Of a stretch of 64,000 bases of DNA, positions 52,157 through 63,030 are shown piece after piece. The notes below the pieces were generated by a model. It worked only from the letters and a program-made list of their open reading frames with translations. It did no database searches and was not told the DNA's origin. The number at the start of each line of letters is the position of its first letter. Within the stretch, counting starts at the first letter, position 1. Source of the stretch: an uncultured Muribaculaceae bacterium (lineage in GTDB: Bacteria > Bacteroidota > Bacteroidia > Bacteroidales > Muribaculaceae); NCBI GenBank assembly GCA_944321705.1, contig CALUMG010000009.1, positions 9,418-73,417 of the forward strand. The letters run 5' to 3'. Made by a program: the position numbers and the translations under genes.

Positions 52157-53416
52157 TTATTCAAATTTTATTGACTCAGATGGCTTGATAGATGATACAA
52201 CCATTGACGGGATGATGAGAGTAAGATAAGAGAGGATTATTATGCCAATATTCAATAAGATTATAAGTCCCCAATCGATTTCTATCGGGATATATGGCAT
52301 ATAATAGGATTCTGCATCAAGTTTTATTAGATGAAATTCCTTTTGTAAGAAGGCGAGGACTAAACTGATGGCATTTCCTATTATGATAGACTTAAATATT
52401 AGTTTCTGCGTTAAATATATAAATATGTTTCTTATTGAAGATGAGCTGGCACCCAATGATTTAAGAGTTCCAATTAAATTTATGCGCTCAAGAACAATCA
52501 TGAGCAATGCGGAAACAAGGGTGAATGCCGATACGATTGACATTAAAATAATTATTATGACAACATTCATGTCGAGCAATCCCAGCCATGAAAAATAAGC
52601 TACATTATTTGAATTAGTTTCAGATACATTATATAACAATCTTCCATTTGAATCGGATGTGTTTTTTGCAAGTGTAATAAAAATAGAGTACGCTTGTTCT
52701 TCAATGTCGTCAAGATATTTAGAATCGATTCCCACATAAGTTCCGGTATGTTCGTCCCATCTGTTTATATTTTGTAAAGCTTTTATGTTGCCTAAGACAT
52801 ATGCTTGGTCATATTCTTCAAAATCTGAAGAATATATTCCAACTATGGTCATCCGTCTCACTTTAACTTTTTCGTCGATAAAATAGGTATATATTCTATC
52901 ATTAACATCTAAGTTCAATTGAGATGCCATTATCTTGGATATCGTTATTTCATAAATGTCGGCGTTGCCGCTCATGTCGGGGATACGTCCTTTGATAAGA
53001 TGCTTTTTGATGTAATCCCAATTATAATTGGCATCCACACCTTTGTAAACGATTCCTTTGAAATCATTAGCGGTTTTGAAAATTGCCGGTTGTTCGGCAA
53101 TGAGGCTCATTGTCGCAATTGAATCATGGAATGAACAATTCTGCAAGCATGGAATTATATCGTTGGCATTTACCGTATTTAGATTTTCAGACATATTGGT
53201 GTTCATATTAACATTGAACACTTTGATATGGGAATCGAGATTGTAGATTTTATTTGAAATTTCATTTTTGAAGCCTAATACAATAGTGATTGATAGAATC
53301 ATTATTATTATAGCGAGCACAATCCCGATAACGGCAATGTTCAGACTTGGTGATGCCGTTTTTCGAGATTCGTCTTCAAATTTCAATCGCTTTGATATGA
53401 ATAATTCAAATTTCAT
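52157..53416 (-). CDS. FtsX/LolE-like ABC transporter permease
   Basis: N-terminal FELFISKRL plus a TM segment, a large periplasmic loop, and a C-terminal FtsX domain with LKSLGASSSSIRNIF. Start trimmed to MKFELF. Confidence 0.78.
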   Translation of the reverse strand: MKFELFISKRLKFEDESRKTASPSLNIAVIGIVLAIIIMILSITIVLGFKNEISNKIYNLDSHIKVFNVNMNTNMSENLNTVNANDIIPCLQNCSFHDSIATMSLIAEQPAIFKTANDFKGIVYKGVDANYNWDYIKKHLIKGRIPDMSGNADIYEITISKIMASQLNLDVNDRIYTYFIDEKVKVRRMTIVGIYSSDFEEYDQAYVLGNIKALQNINRWDEHTGTYVGIDSKYLDDIEEQAYSIFITLAKNTSDSNGRLLYNVSETNSNNVAYFSWLGLLDMNVVIIIILMSIVSAFTLVSALLMIVLERINLIGTLKSLGASSSSIRNIFIYLTQKLIFKSIIIGNAISLVLAFLQKEFHLIKLDAESYYMPYIPIEIDWGLIILLNIGIIILSYLTLIIPSMVVSSIKPSESIKFE

Positions 53417-53613
53417 GTTCCAATATATTCTTGTCATGAAAACGGTTACAAATTTAACACAATTCTCCAATAATAATCGGATGTGAAAATTTAGTTTTAT
53501 TATTTATGAGTACAGTTCATAGTGAAGTATTAGCTTATAGGATGTTTTTGAATCTTCATATTTAAATTATGCGGCATTATTAGTATTTTTGCATACTAAT
53601 CATGTATATAAAA

Positions 53614-54159
53614 ATGAGCTTTACAAAAAATATAGTATTATTGCTATTGTCTCCGAAAAACGGATGGAAAGAAATAAAACATTATAACACTCCGGCAAAA
53701 TTGATGTTGTCGAAAGTCGTATATCCGTTAATAGCTTTGTTGTCATTGTCGGCATTTGCTGGATTGATATATAATCCAGAATTATCGATAAGCGACGGAA
53801 TACAACAGGCGATAATAGAATTCTCAAAATATTTTTTTGCGTATTTGTTGGTTAATTATTTGATGACTGGATTCTTCCCAAAAGTAGTTAGCAACAAGAC
53901 ATCGGCAAATAAGGTTAGTATATTCTTGCAGTATAATCTGGTCGTCTTGATTATAATAAATATAATAAATAACTTGTTGCCGATACCGTTTACTTATCTG
54001 AACATATTGTATTTATATATTTTCTTTGTGGCATGGAAAGCTGATGATTTTCTTGGAATTATTGAAAGTAAGGATAAGAAATTTCTTGTAATATCAGCAG
54101 CATTGTTGTTATTCATTCCCGTGTCCATCAAATTTATATTAGAACTGTTTTTAGTCTGA
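53614..54159 (+). CDS. Yip1-like multi-pass membrane protein
   Basis: Five predicted TM segments with an N-terminal LLSPKNGWKEIK motif. A -7 box TATTTTTG lies at 53584-53591. The ATG at 53602 is an alternative start. Confidence 0.5.
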   Translation: MSFTKNIVLLLLSPKNGWKEIKHYNTPAKLMLSKVVYPLIALLSLSAFAGLIYNPELSISDGIQQAIIEFSKYFFAYLLVNYLMTGFFPKVVSNKTSANKVSIFLQYNLVVLIIINIINNLLPIPFTYLNILYLYIFFVAWKADDFLGIIESKDKKFLVISAALLLFIPVSIKFILELFLV

Positions 54160-54170
54160 AACTTTGAATT

Positions 54171-54623
54171 ATGAAAGCGTCCAATATCAATATAAAAAAT
54201 AAACGTGCAACATTTGACTATGAAATCATAGAAACTTTCGTTGCAGGGATTGTATTGTCTGGAACTGAAATAAAATCCATAAGGCTTGGAAAAGCCGGAT
54301 TGAGTGACACGTTTTGCTATATTAACAATGGTGAAGTGTGGATAAAAAACATGTATGTAGCAGAATACGCTTTTGGATCATACAATAACCATCAAATAAG
54401 GCGAGACAGAAAGTTGCTCCTGACCAAAAAAGAGATTGCAAAAATGCAGAAATATAATCAATTGAGTGGCTTTACAATTGTTCCTTTGAAATTGTTTATA
54501 AACGACAAAGGTCTTGCAAAACTATCAGTTGCAATAGCTCGCGGTAAAAAAGAATATGACAAGCGTCAGTCGATAAAAGAACGCGAGGATAAGCGAATGA
54601 TGGACAGGGCTATGAAAAAATAG
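54171..54623 (+). CDS. smpB: SsrA-binding protein
   Basis: [29 protein letters not shown]...REDKRMMDR. Confidence 0.95.
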   Translation: MKASNINIKNKRATFDYEIIETFVAGIVLSGTEIKSIRLGKAGLSDTFCYINNGEVWIKNMYVAEYAFGSYNNHQIRRDRKLLLTKKEIAKMQKYNQLSGFTIVPLKLFINDKGLAKLSVAIARGKKEYDKRQSIKEREDKRMMDRAMKK

Positions 54624-54663
54624 CAGTCAGACTGTGATACATTATTAACAAATCGCCTTTACG

Positions 54664-56007
54664 ATGAAGATAAATTGGCTTATAATAACATGTTTTGGCT
54701 TGTTTGTCCCTTCTATGTCTGCTCAACAAATACATTTTGAAGGAAATGATATGCCTGTGTATGAAGAGAAACCGAATTCTTCTACCGGATTGAATGAAAT
54801 TTATGTATTGTATTCATCCGATGGCGTTTCGATGAATTATACACAGCGTGATGCCGGAGCTAATGTCACATGGTATTCTTATGATGAGCGAGGTGGCGGA
54901 TATGCCGAACCTATTTCTGGAATAGAGCGCGTAGATTCGAGAGTAACTGCCATGCGTCAAGTCGTGCCCGACAAAGGGTATATCATAGAGGAAGGTACTG
55001 ACAGGATATATGTGTGGGTTGTGGATTATTCTGATTATGAATTGGATTTAAAGAATATAAGTGTAGATTCGCAACGAGATTGCGGAACTGCACGATTGAA
55101 CATAGAGGGTGTTGGCGACGATATCATTTATTATACGATAAACGGTGTGCCTGAACGGCTCAATAGGGAATTGACGGTTACATACAGGACTTTGGAATGG
55201 AGAGATGAAAGTTCCATGTGGGCCGAAGTTGTCGTTGAAGAGAATGAAGAAAGTTTCAGAAATTCAATTGCAATTCCAGCACCATATTGTGACACTGAAT
55301 TTACATTAAGCGGAGATAAATTTCTTCGATTTTGGGATATGGAAATCGAAGTGACGAGTGACACTTATGTAACAAGTGCCGTGGCCGTGGAAACAACAGC
55401 TGCTCAAGAAGAAAGAGAAGCAACAAACGAAATAGGAGAGAATGAAGGTTCAAGTTCTACTTTAGGTGGCTCGGCTCCGGTATCTATAACGTTTAGTGCA
55501 TATTGTACTGATGCAATGGTGCATAAGGAATGGCAAATGTCGACCGATGCTGATTTTAATGACATACAATTAAGGTTTACTGAGGAGGAATTAGTACAAA
55601 ACCTCACGGAGGCTGGTACTTTTTATTATAGATTCTATGGAACTGATAATTCGGGAGAATGTGAAACTTTTGGAGAAGTTTACACAGTCTCTATTGGAGA
55701 ATCAAGTCTTGAATGTCCGAATGTGTTTTCACCTCAATCAAGCGAGGGCGTGAATGATGAATGGAAAGTTTCGTATAAGTCAATTGTACAATTCCAATGC
55801 TGGATATTCAATAGATGGGGGATACAAATATGTAAATTGACCGATCCTTCGCAAGGATGGGATGGTAAATATAAAGGTAAATATGTGAAATCAGGAACAT
55901 ATTATTATGTAATCGAAGCAGTGGGCTCGGATGGTATTGAGTATAATTTAAAAGGAGATATTAATATAATAAATTATGACCAAAACAAGAATTCCACTGT
56001 AAATTGA
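54664..56007 (+). CDS. secreted protein with T9SS type B (gliding-motility-associated) C-terminal domain
   Basis: Signal peptide. C-terminal ...CPNVFSPQSSEGVNDEWKV...IFNRWGIQI...GWDGKYKGKYVKSGTYYYVIEA is the CHU_C/type B sorting-domain pattern. The N-terminal ~330 aa is unassigned. Confidence 0.68.
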   Translation: MKINWLIITCFGLFVPSMSAQQIHFEGNDMPVYEEKPNSSTGLNEIYVLYSSDGVSMNYTQRDAGANVTWYSYDERGGGYAEPISGIERVDSRVTAMRQVVPDKGYIIEEGTDRIYVWVVDYSDYELDLKNISVDSQRDCGTARLNIEGVGDDIIYYTINGVPERLNRELTVTYRTLEWRDESSMWAEVVVEENEESFRNSIAIPAPYCDTEFTLSGDKFLRFWDMEIEVTSDTYVTSAVAVETTAAQEEREATNEIGENEGSSSTLGGSAPVSITFSAYCTDAMVHKEWQMSTDADFNDIQLRFTEEELVQNLTEAGTFYYRFYGTDNSGECETFGEVYTVSIGESSLECPNVFSPQSSEGVNDEWKVSYKSIVQFQCWIFNRWGIQICKLTDPSQGWDGKYKGKYVKSGTYYYVIEAVGSDGIEYNLKGDINIINYDQNKNSTVN

Positions 56008-56040
56008 GAATAAGATAAGTATTACACATATCATGAAATT

Positions 56041-57003
56041 TTGAATATGAAAATAAAATTTGGAATTTTAGCATTGTTGACGTTGATGGCATTGTCGAGC
56101 AACATCAACATTACAAAAGCAGAAAGCTCATTTTTGACCATAGACCAGTCGGCAGTATATCCAAATCCCGAGGTGCCAATGTCTGTAGTCATAGCTGGGG
56201 AGCAAGTGCTATTTGACAGGGTAGACATGTATGAGCGTCTTGACAGGGAGATGACTCAAATAATTTATGGACACAGCAATCTGCTCTTGACCATAAAAAG
56301 AGCTAACAGATATTTCCCGATTATTATACCGATATTGAAAAAAAACGGAATACCTGAGGATTTTGCTTATTTGGCTGCAGTTGAAAGTTATCTCAATGTT
56401 AATGCTCGTTCTCCGGCCGGAGCAGCGGGGATGTGGCAGTTGATGAAGGGAACGGCTCGCGACTACGGTCTTGAAGTGAATGACGAGGTTGATGAGCGTT
56501 ACGACCCGGTCAAATCCACTGAAGCTGCTTGCAAGTACCTCAAAGCTGCATATAAGAAATATAAACATTGGCCTACGGTTGCAGCATCTTATAATGCAGG
56601 CATGGGACGCATTTCAAAAGAACTCAACCGGCAATTTGCCGAAGATTCTTTTGATTTGTTCTTGAACGAGGAGACATCAAGATATGTATTCCGGTTCATA
56701 GCAATGAAACTTATAATTGAACAACCTCAGTTGTATGGTTTTCACATATCCAAACGACAATTGTATCAACCAGTTAAATATACGGAAAAAACAGTTGGCG
56801 GAATTGTGGCCGATTGGAGGGAGTGGGCTAAAAATCAAGGCATAACTTATGCTCAATTAAGGGATATGAATCCATGGATAAGGAGTTCGGGCATGAAGAA
56901 GAGCAAACGGAAACACATAGTACGCATACCTCTTGAAGAAAGCTTGTATAGAAGCAAGATGACATCAATCAGTGTATATAATAAAAATTGGGTAGTGGAT
57001 TAG
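56041..57003 (+). CDS. lytic transglycosylase (SLT domain)
   Basis: YLAAVESYLNVNARSPAGAAGMWQLM carries the catalytic Glu/ES motif, followed by AAYNAG. Confidence 0.8.
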   Translation: MNMKIKFGILALLTLMALSSNINITKAESSFLTIDQSAVYPNPEVPMSVVIAGEQVLFDRVDMYERLDREMTQIIYGHSNLLLTIKRANRYFPIIIPILKKNGIPEDFAYLAAVESYLNVNARSPAGAAGMWQLMKGTARDYGLEVNDEVDERYDPVKSTEAACKYLKAAYKKYKHWPTVAASYNAGMGRISKELNRQFAEDSFDLFLNEETSRYVFRFIAMKLIIEQPQLYGFHISKRQLYQPVKYTEKTVGGIVADWREWAKNQGITYAQLRDMNPWIRSSGMKKSKRKHIVRIPLEESLYRSKMTSISVYNKNWVVD

Positions 57004-57006
57004 ACA

Positions 57007-59841
57007 ATGCAATTGAACGGAAAAGATATAGATTGTATATCGGTATTTGGAGCTCGAGTTCATAATTTGAAAAATATTGATGTCGAGATTCCACATAACA
57101 AGTTGACTGTAATAACAGGATTGAGCGGAAGTGGAAAGTCTTCGTTGGCATTTGATACCATATTTGCAGAAGGACAACGAAGATACATAGAAACATTTTC
57201 GGCTTATGCAAGGAATGTGCTTGGAATGCTCGAACGTCCTGATGTTGACAAAATAACCGGTCTAAGTCCAGTCATATCCATTGAACAGAAAACCGTAAAT
57301 AAAAATCCTCGAAGTACGATTGGAACGACAACCGAGATATATGATTTTTTAAGATTGTTGTATGCTCGTGCAGCCGACGCTTATTCTTATGTATCGGGAG
57401 AAAAGATGGTGAAATTCACTGTGGACAAAATCATAAACATGATTTTGAAAAAATACATAGGACATCGGATTTTCATTTTGGCTCCATTGGTAAACAACAG
57501 AAAAGGTCATTATAAAGAATTGTTTGAACAATTACGTAAAAAAGGTTATTTGTCGGTTCGTATTGATGGCACACTCAATGAGATAAAATATGGAATGAAG
57601 GTGGATCGATATAAGAATCACAGCATTGAACTTGTCGTCGACAAGATGAAAGTAGATGATAAATATCGAGACCGTCTAAAAGATTCGATTGAGACAGCTT
57701 TCAAACAAGGCAATGGCCAACTTATGGTGTATGATGCCGATGACAATGGTCGTATAGGCTATTATAGCCGTAATCTCATGGATCCTGTCACGGGTTTGTC
57801 TTATGCTGAACCTGCTCCACATAATTTTTCATTCAATTCTCCACAAGGTGCATGTAAACGTTGCAAAGGGTTGGGGTATATCAATATCATAGATAAGGAA
57901 AAGATTATGCCCAATACTGCGATTTCGATATATGACGGAGGAATAATTCCTTTGGGCAAGTATAAGAATTCGTTGATTTTTTGGCAAATATCTGCAATAT
58001 GTCAAAAGTATGGGGTAACAATCAAAACACCTATAAGCGAATTACCAGAAGAAGCCATCGATGATATCATGAATGGAACTGATGAGCATCTTGATATTAA
58101 GAATGACACGATGAGCATGTCTAATTATTTTATGAGATATGATGGTCTTATAAAATATATTGAAATGCAACAAGCAGAAGATGCATCAGTTCAAGCTCAG
58201 AAGTGGGCAGGTCAATTTTTTTCTCGGGTTGTGTGTCCCGAATGCAATGGTGCAAGATTGAAAAAGGAAGCCTTGCATTATTACATAGGAGGAAAAAACA
58301 TAGCTGACTTGTCGGCTATGGACATATCGGAATTGCAACAGTGGATGAAGAATGTCCATAATGTAATGACAGAACAGCAATGGAATATTGCCAAAGAGAT
58401 TGTGAAGGAAATAAATGGCCGATTGGATTTTCTCGTTAATGTCGGTCTTGATTATTTGTCGTTAAATAGGAATTCGGCTTCGTTGTCGGGAGGAGAAAGC
58501 CAACGTATAAGACTTGCCACGCAAATAGGTTCGCAACTTGTCAATGTTCTTTATATACTTGATGAACCGAGCATTGGTTTGCATCAACGTGATAACATAC
58601 GTTTGATAGAATCTTTAAAAAAATTACGAGATTCTGACAACTCTGTCATAGTTGTCGAGCATGACAAGGATATGATGCTTCAAGCCGACTATATCGTAGA
58701 TATTGGCCCCAAAGCAGGGAGAAAAGGTGGTGAAGTGGTTTTTGCCGGCACGCCTCAAGAAATGTTGCAAAGTGGAACTATTACAGCAGAATACCTTAAC
58801 GGTAAACGAAAGATAGATGTACCAACTTCTCGCCGTCAAGGGAATGGTAAGACAATCGAGCTGAGAGGATGCAAAGGGAATAACTTGAAAGACATAGATG
58901 TCACAATTCCTCTTGGAATGTTTGTTTGCATAACAGGAGTATCGGGTAGCGGAAAGTCTTCGTTGATCAATGGGACACTGCAACCGATATTGAGTCAACG
59001 ATTCTATAAGTCTAATCAACAACCGTTACCTTATGATGAAATTATAGGCATTGACAACATAGACAAGGTGGTGACGGTTGATCAATCTCCATTAGGACGT
59101 TCTCCGCGGTCTAATCCGGCAACATACACAGGTGTGTTTTCTGATATAAGAAATGTTTTTGTCGATTTGCCTGAAGCTAAAATTCGGGGATATAAACCAG
59201 GGCGATTCTCGTTCAATGTTAATGGGGGGCGTTGTGAGGAGTGTAAGGGTAACGGATATAAGACAATTGAAATGAATTTCCTCCCGGATGTATTAGTCCC
59301 GTGTGAGGCCTGTGGCGGAAAGCGTTATAACAGGGAAACCCTTGAAGTTCGTTTCAAAGGCAAGTCGATTGCCGATGTCCTTGACATGACGATAAATCAA
59401 GCTGTAGAATTTTTTGATTCAATTCCTGCAATTCTCAACAAGATAAAAGTTCTGCAAGACGTAGGGATGGGATATATAAAACTTGGGCAGCCGTCAAGTA
59501 CCTTATCGGGGGGCGAAAGCCAACGAGTCAAACTTGCAACTGAATTAGCAAAGAAAGAGACTGGTAAAACATTGTATATTTTGGATGAACCTACTACAGG
59601 TTTGCATTTTGAAGACATAAAGGTTTTATTGAATGTATTGAACAAATTGGTGGATAAAGGGAATTCTGTCATTGTCATTGAACATAATATGGATGTAATC
59701 AAGAATGCTGACTATATTATTGATTTGGGGCCTGAAGGGGGATGCGCAGGAGGAAAGGTAATTGCAACAGGAACTCCTGAAACAATTATTAAATGCAAAG
59801 ATTCATTGACTGCTCAATTTCTGAAATTAGAATTAAAATAA
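57007..59841 (+). CDS. uvrA: excinuclease ABC subunit A
   Basis: Two ABC modules (GLSGSGKSS, GVSGSGKSS; LSGGESQR twice) and zinc fingers CKRCKGLG and CEECKGNG...CEACGG. Confidence 0.97.
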   Translation: MQLNGKDIDCISVFGARVHNLKNIDVEIPHNKLTVITGLSGSGKSSLAFDTIFAEGQRRYIETFSAYARNVLGMLERPDVDKITGLSPVISIEQKTVNKNPRSTIGTTTEIYDFLRLLYARAADAYSYVSGEKMVKFTVDKIINMILKKYIGHRIFILAPLVNNRKGHYKELFEQLRKKGYLSVRIDGTLNEIKYGMKVDRYKNHSIELVVDKMKVDDKYRDRLKDSIETAFKQGNGQLMVYDADDNGRIGYYSRNLMDPVTGLSYAEPAPHNFSFNSPQGACKRCKGLGYINIIDKEKIMPNTAISIYDGGIIPLGKYKNSLIFWQISAICQKYGVTIKTPISELPEEAIDDIMNGTDEHLDIKNDTMSMSNYFMRYDGLIKYIEMQQAEDASVQAQKWAGQFFSRVVCPECNGARLKKEALHYYIGGKNIADLSAMDISELQQWMKNVHNVMTEQQWNIAKEIVKEINGRLDFLVNVGLDYLSLNRNSASLSGGESQRIRLATQIGSQLVNVLYILDEPSIGLHQRDNIRLIESLKKLRDSDNSVIVVEHDKDMMLQADYIVDIGPKAGRKGGEVVFAGTPQEMLQSGTITAEYLNGKRKIDVPTSRRQGNGKTIELRGCKGNNLKDIDVTIPLGMFVCITGVSGSGKSSLINGTLQPILSQRFYKSNQQPLPYDEIIGIDNIDKVVTVDQSPLGRSPRSNPATYTGVFSDIRNVFVDLPEAKIRGYKPGRFSFNVNGGRCEECKGNGYKTIEMNFLPDVLVPCEACGGKRYNRETLEVRFKGKSIADVLDMTINQAVEFFDSIPAILNKIKVLQDVGMGYIKLGQPSSTLSGGESQRVKLATELAKKETGKTLYILDEPTTGLHFEDIKVLLNVLNKLVDKGNSVIVIEHNMDVIKNADYIIDLGPEGGCAGGKVIATGTPETIIKCKDSLTAQFLKLELK

Positions 59842-59862
59842 TTTGATATAAAAAAATAATAG

Positions 59863-59899
59863 ATGCGATTTGCCAAAGAGGTGAATCGCATTTTTTTTA
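59863..59899 (+). terminator. intrinsic terminator after uvrA
   Basis: ATGCGATT (59863-59870) pairs with AATCGCAT (59884-59891), followed by T8. Confidence 0.68.
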
Positions 59900-60355
59900 C
59901 GTCAAGCGTGCGGTAAGATTACCATATGCATTTGTTTATTGTGATTTGCAATTATAAATATGCAAATTGTAGCAATAGATATTATTTGCAATAGTAAATC
60001 ACAACATCCAAGACAAAGGTGCTGTTTAAAATTTTCAATTAATAGGGCAGGGCAGGCTAATGCGGTATTAAAATTGTCGTTAACATATTTTATTGCTGTA
60101 TATAATTAATGGAATGTCAAATAATTACAAAGGATACATAAAGTATAACTGTAAATTTTATTTTACGTTCTGCATTTTTTAAACCTATGCTTTAGATTTT
60201 GTATGCATATTGCTGGTTAATAAGATAAAATACTAAGTATTAATTAATGATAATGGAAATACTCATCTTTTATCTTATTTTATGCCGCAGTGACGGATTT
60301 ACAATGCAAAATGGCGATTTGCTTATGTTAATTTGCATAATTCAACCATGTTATG

Positions 60356-60363
60356 TACATTTG
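60356..60363 (+). promoter_or_regulatory. -7 box TACATTTG for the XRE-family gene
   Basis: Matches TAnnTTTG, 30 nt upstream of the ATG at 60393. Confidence 0.45.
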
Positions 60364-60392
60364 TATATGATTAATTGCAAATGTAAATTAAT

Positions 60393-60932
60393 ATGGATAT
60401 AGCGACTCGGTTGAAAATCTTCATGAACGATCGAAATATAACAAACTCTCAGTTTGCTGATGCGTGCAATATATCGCGTCCAACTTTATCTCAACTCCTC
60501 ACGGGAAGAAATAAAAAAGTAAACAATGAGATTATATCTAAAATCCATCGTGCATACCCATCGTTGTCCATAATGTGGTTGATGTTTGGAGAACCGCCTA
60601 TGATGTTGAATGGTGAAAATTCTAATGTTTCTTATGGACATTATGAATCAAGCATAGCCTCTCATGAAGGAGATGAATCTGATTATGTGCAAAGAGAGGA
60701 AAAATCCATCAAAAGCGATAATAAGATAGTATTCGGGTCGGATTTAATGTCAGAAAGTGAAGACAAAACCGACGATGATTTGGAATATGCTCTTAGGAAT
60801 ATCATGAAGAACAATTACGAAAGCATGTCGATTCGACGCAATGACACAGAATCTAAAAACGGAAAACATATTGTCAGTGTTATGGTGTTATATTCTGATA
60901 ATAGCTTTGAGTCATTTATTCCGAATAAATAA
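60393..60932 (+). CDS. XRE-family helix-turn-helix protein
   Basis: N-terminal HTH_3-like LKIFMNDRNITNSQFADACNISRPTLSQLLTGRNK...IHRAYPSLSIMWLMFGE, then an acidic, low-complexity C-terminal half. Confidence 0.7.
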   Translation: MDIATRLKIFMNDRNITNSQFADACNISRPTLSQLLTGRNKKVNNEIISKIHRAYPSLSIMWLMFGEPPMMLNGENSNVSYGHYESSIASHEGDESDYVQREEKSIKSDNKIVFGSDLMSESEDKTDDDLEYALRNIMKNNYESMSIRRNDTESKNGKHIVSVMVLYSDNSFESFIPNK

Positions 60933-60993
60933 ATTATTTATTACATGAGGAAGCTATTGTTGTGATTAATTGGATTAATAACATAAATTGGTT

Positions 60994-61001
60994 AGCTTTG
61001 T
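60994..61001 (+). promoter_or_regulatory. -7 box TAGCTTTG for pyrK-pyrD
   Basis: Matches TAnnTTTG, 31 nt upstream of the ATG at 61032. This supports the trimmed pyrK start. Confidence 0.45.
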
Positions 61002-61031
61002 AGAGTGCAATCGCTTATTATATTGAAAACA

Positions 61032-61796
61032 ATGAATAAAAAGTTTGTCAAAGATTTTATAGTAGTTGAAAACGAAAGGTTGAATTCTTTCAATAGCTTG
61101 TTAAAATTAAGGCCTGCGGATGGAGTTATGCCGAGTGTGTCTCCGGGGCAATTTGTGCAAGTTTATGTTGAAGGTAGTAAAAATACATTTTTGCGCCGTC
61201 CTATTTCGATAAATAATGTTGAAAATGGCCAATTATGGCTGCTTGTGAAAGAAGTCGGAGATGGAACGCATGCAATTGTCAATACGCCCGTAAAAGGCAT
61301 CTTGAATATAATATTACCGTTGGGGAAAGGATTCAGTCTGAATCCAGGCAAAATATTATTAATTGGTGGCGGTGTTGGAATTGCTCCTCTTCTGATGCTG
61401 GGAAAATGCTTGAAAGAATATAATTCTGAAGTTACATTTTTACTTGGAGCTAGGACTAAAGAAGAGTTGATAGAACTTGAGGAATTTGCAAAATACGGTC
61501 ATGTGTGTTTGTCGACTGAGGATGGTTCATTGGGTGAAGAAGGGTTTGTTACGCAACATAGCGTTCTGAAAGATGATTTTGACATGATACAATGTTGCGG
61601 TCCATTGCCAATGATGAAAGCTGTTGCAAAGATTGCAATGGCACGAGGTCTCAACTGTGAAGTGTCGCTTGAAAATATGATGGCTTGCGGACTTGGCGCA
61701 TGTCTATGTTGCGTAGAAGATACAAAGGCTGGAAATGTATGTGTATGTCAAGACGGACCGGTGTTTAATATAAATGATTTAAAATGGCAAATTTAA
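61032..61796 (+). CDS. pyrK: dihydroorotate dehydrogenase electron-transfer subunit
   Basis: FAD/NAD-binding fold ([17 protein letters not shown]) and a C-terminal 2Fe-2S motif [10 protein letters not shown]...CVCQDGPVF. It overlaps pyrD by 13 nt. Confidence 0.87.
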   Translation: MNKKFVKDFIVVENERLNSFNSLLKLRPADGVMPSVSPGQFVQVYVEGSKNTFLRRPISINNVENGQLWLLVKEVGDGTHAIVNTPVKGILNIILPLGKGFSLNPGKILLIGGGVGIAPLLMLGKCLKEYNSEVTFLLGARTKEELIELEEFAKYGHVCLSTEDGSLGEEGFVTQHSVLKDDFDMIQCCGPLPMMKAVAKIAMARGLNCEVSLENMMACGLGACLCCVEDTKAGNVCVCQDGPVFNINDLKWQI

Positions 61797-62695
61797 GTGT
61801 AAAAATAGGCAGTCTGGAATTGAAAAACCCGGTAATGACTGCGTCCGGGACTTTTGGATATGGTGAAGAATTTGCTGATTTTATAGATTTGGCAAAGTTA
61901 GGTGGTATTATTGTTAAAGGTACTACATTGCATCACAGGGAAGGTAATCCATATCCTCGTATGGTCGAAACTCCATCAGGTATGTTGAACGCCGTAGGCT
62001 TGCAAAATAAAGGTGTTGATTATTTTATCGATAATATATACCCCCGTATAAAAAATATTGATACTCAGATTGTCGTGAACGTTTCTGGCAGTACTGAACT
62101 TGATTATGTGAAAGTTTGCGAGAAGTTGCAACCTCTTGATAAGATAAATGCCATAGAAATAAACATTTCATGTCCAAATGTAAAACAAGGAGGCATGGCA
62201 TTTGGCACAACGTGTGCCGGTGCTTACAATGTTGTAAGTAAAGTGAGAGAAGCTTACGGGAAGACTATGATTGTTAAACTATCGCCTAACGTGACCGATA
62301 TAACTGAGATTGCAAAAGCGGTAGAAGATGCCGGAGCCGATGCTGTTTCTTTGACAAATACGTTTTTAGGCATGGCTATAAATGTTAATACTCGTCGACC
62401 ATATCTTTCTACTATAACAGGTGGATTATCAGGAGCATGTATAAGGCCAATTGCCGTAAGAATGGTGTGGCAAGTTGCTAATACTGTTAATATTCCTGTA
62501 GTCGGATTGGGTGGAATAATGAATGGGCGTGATGCGATAGAATTTATTTTGGCCGGAGCTACAGCCGTTCAAGTTGGAACTGCTAATTTTATCGATCCAA
62601 CCGTAACTGTAAAAATTGTAGACTATGTAAAAGAATATCTTGACAAGAATAACATCAAAGATGTAAATGAGATTATTGGTGGAATGATTGTGTAA
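61784..62695 (+). CDS. pyrD: dihydroorotate dehydrogenase, class 1B catalytic subunit
   Basis: [15 protein letters not shown], the NISCPNVK catalytic Cys loop, GLSG, and GGI...VQVGTA. Confidence 0.93.
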   Translation: MANLSVKIGSLELKNPVMTASGTFGYGEEFADFIDLAKLGGIIVKGTTLHHREGNPYPRMVETPSGMLNAVGLQNKGVDYFIDNIYPRIKNIDTQIVVNVSGSTELDYVKVCEKLQPLDKINAIEINISCPNVKQGGMAFGTTCAGAYNVVSKVREAYGKTMIVKLSPNVTDITEIAKAVEDAGADAVSLTNTFLGMAINVNTRRPYLSTITGGLSGACIRPIAVRMVWQVANTVNIPVVGLGGIMNGRDAIEFILAGATAVQVGTANFIDPTVTVKIVDYVKEYLDKNNIKDVNEIIGGMIV

Positions 62696-62720
62696 GATGT
62701 TTTAAAATATAATATTTTTA

Positions 62721-62756
62721 GAAGGACGTTCATTGTTTTGTTCGTCCTTTTTTAGT
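62721..62756 (+). terminator. intrinsic terminator after pyrD
   Basis: AAGGACG (62722-62728) pairs with CGTCCTT (62743-62749), followed by TTTTT. Confidence 0.62.
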
Positions 62757-62889
62757 TTTGATATTGTATAGATTCAACAGGATATATTTCCTTAAAAATA
62801 CAATGATTTTAATTTGCTCCATAATTCATATTATGTTAAATAAAGTTTTATAACCATATGATTTTGAGATTATATTTGTTTATATATAA

Positions 62890-63030
62890 TTAAAATTTAA
62901 ATTCGTTCCGAAGCCATCGAATAATGCGAGGTAAATATTTATAACCAAGATATAACAACAGTAATAGAACAAATAATTTAAAAAACAGGATAAAAGCAAT
63001 TAAAAGAAATACAATAATACCTTCATTCAT
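62890..63030 (-). CDS. candidate 46-aa hydrophobic mini-protein
   Basis: Manual translation gives MNEGIIVFLLIAFILFFKLFVLLLLLYLGYKYLPRIIRWLRNEFKF followed by a stop. A TATTTTTG -7 box at 63059-63052 lies 22 nt upstream. The region is AT-rich, so the ORF may be fortuitous. Confidence 0.3.
   Translation of the reverse strand: MNEGIIVFLLIAFILFFKLFVLLLLLYLGYKYLPRIIRWLRNEFKF

Noticed and set aside
60247-60420. 57-codon plus-strand ORF (MIMEILIFYLILCRSDGF...) in the AT-rich spacer, overlapping the XRE gene start.
   Set aside because: Its composition is typical of random AT-rich sequence. It contains the XRE promoter box and overlaps the XRE gene's ATG out of frame.
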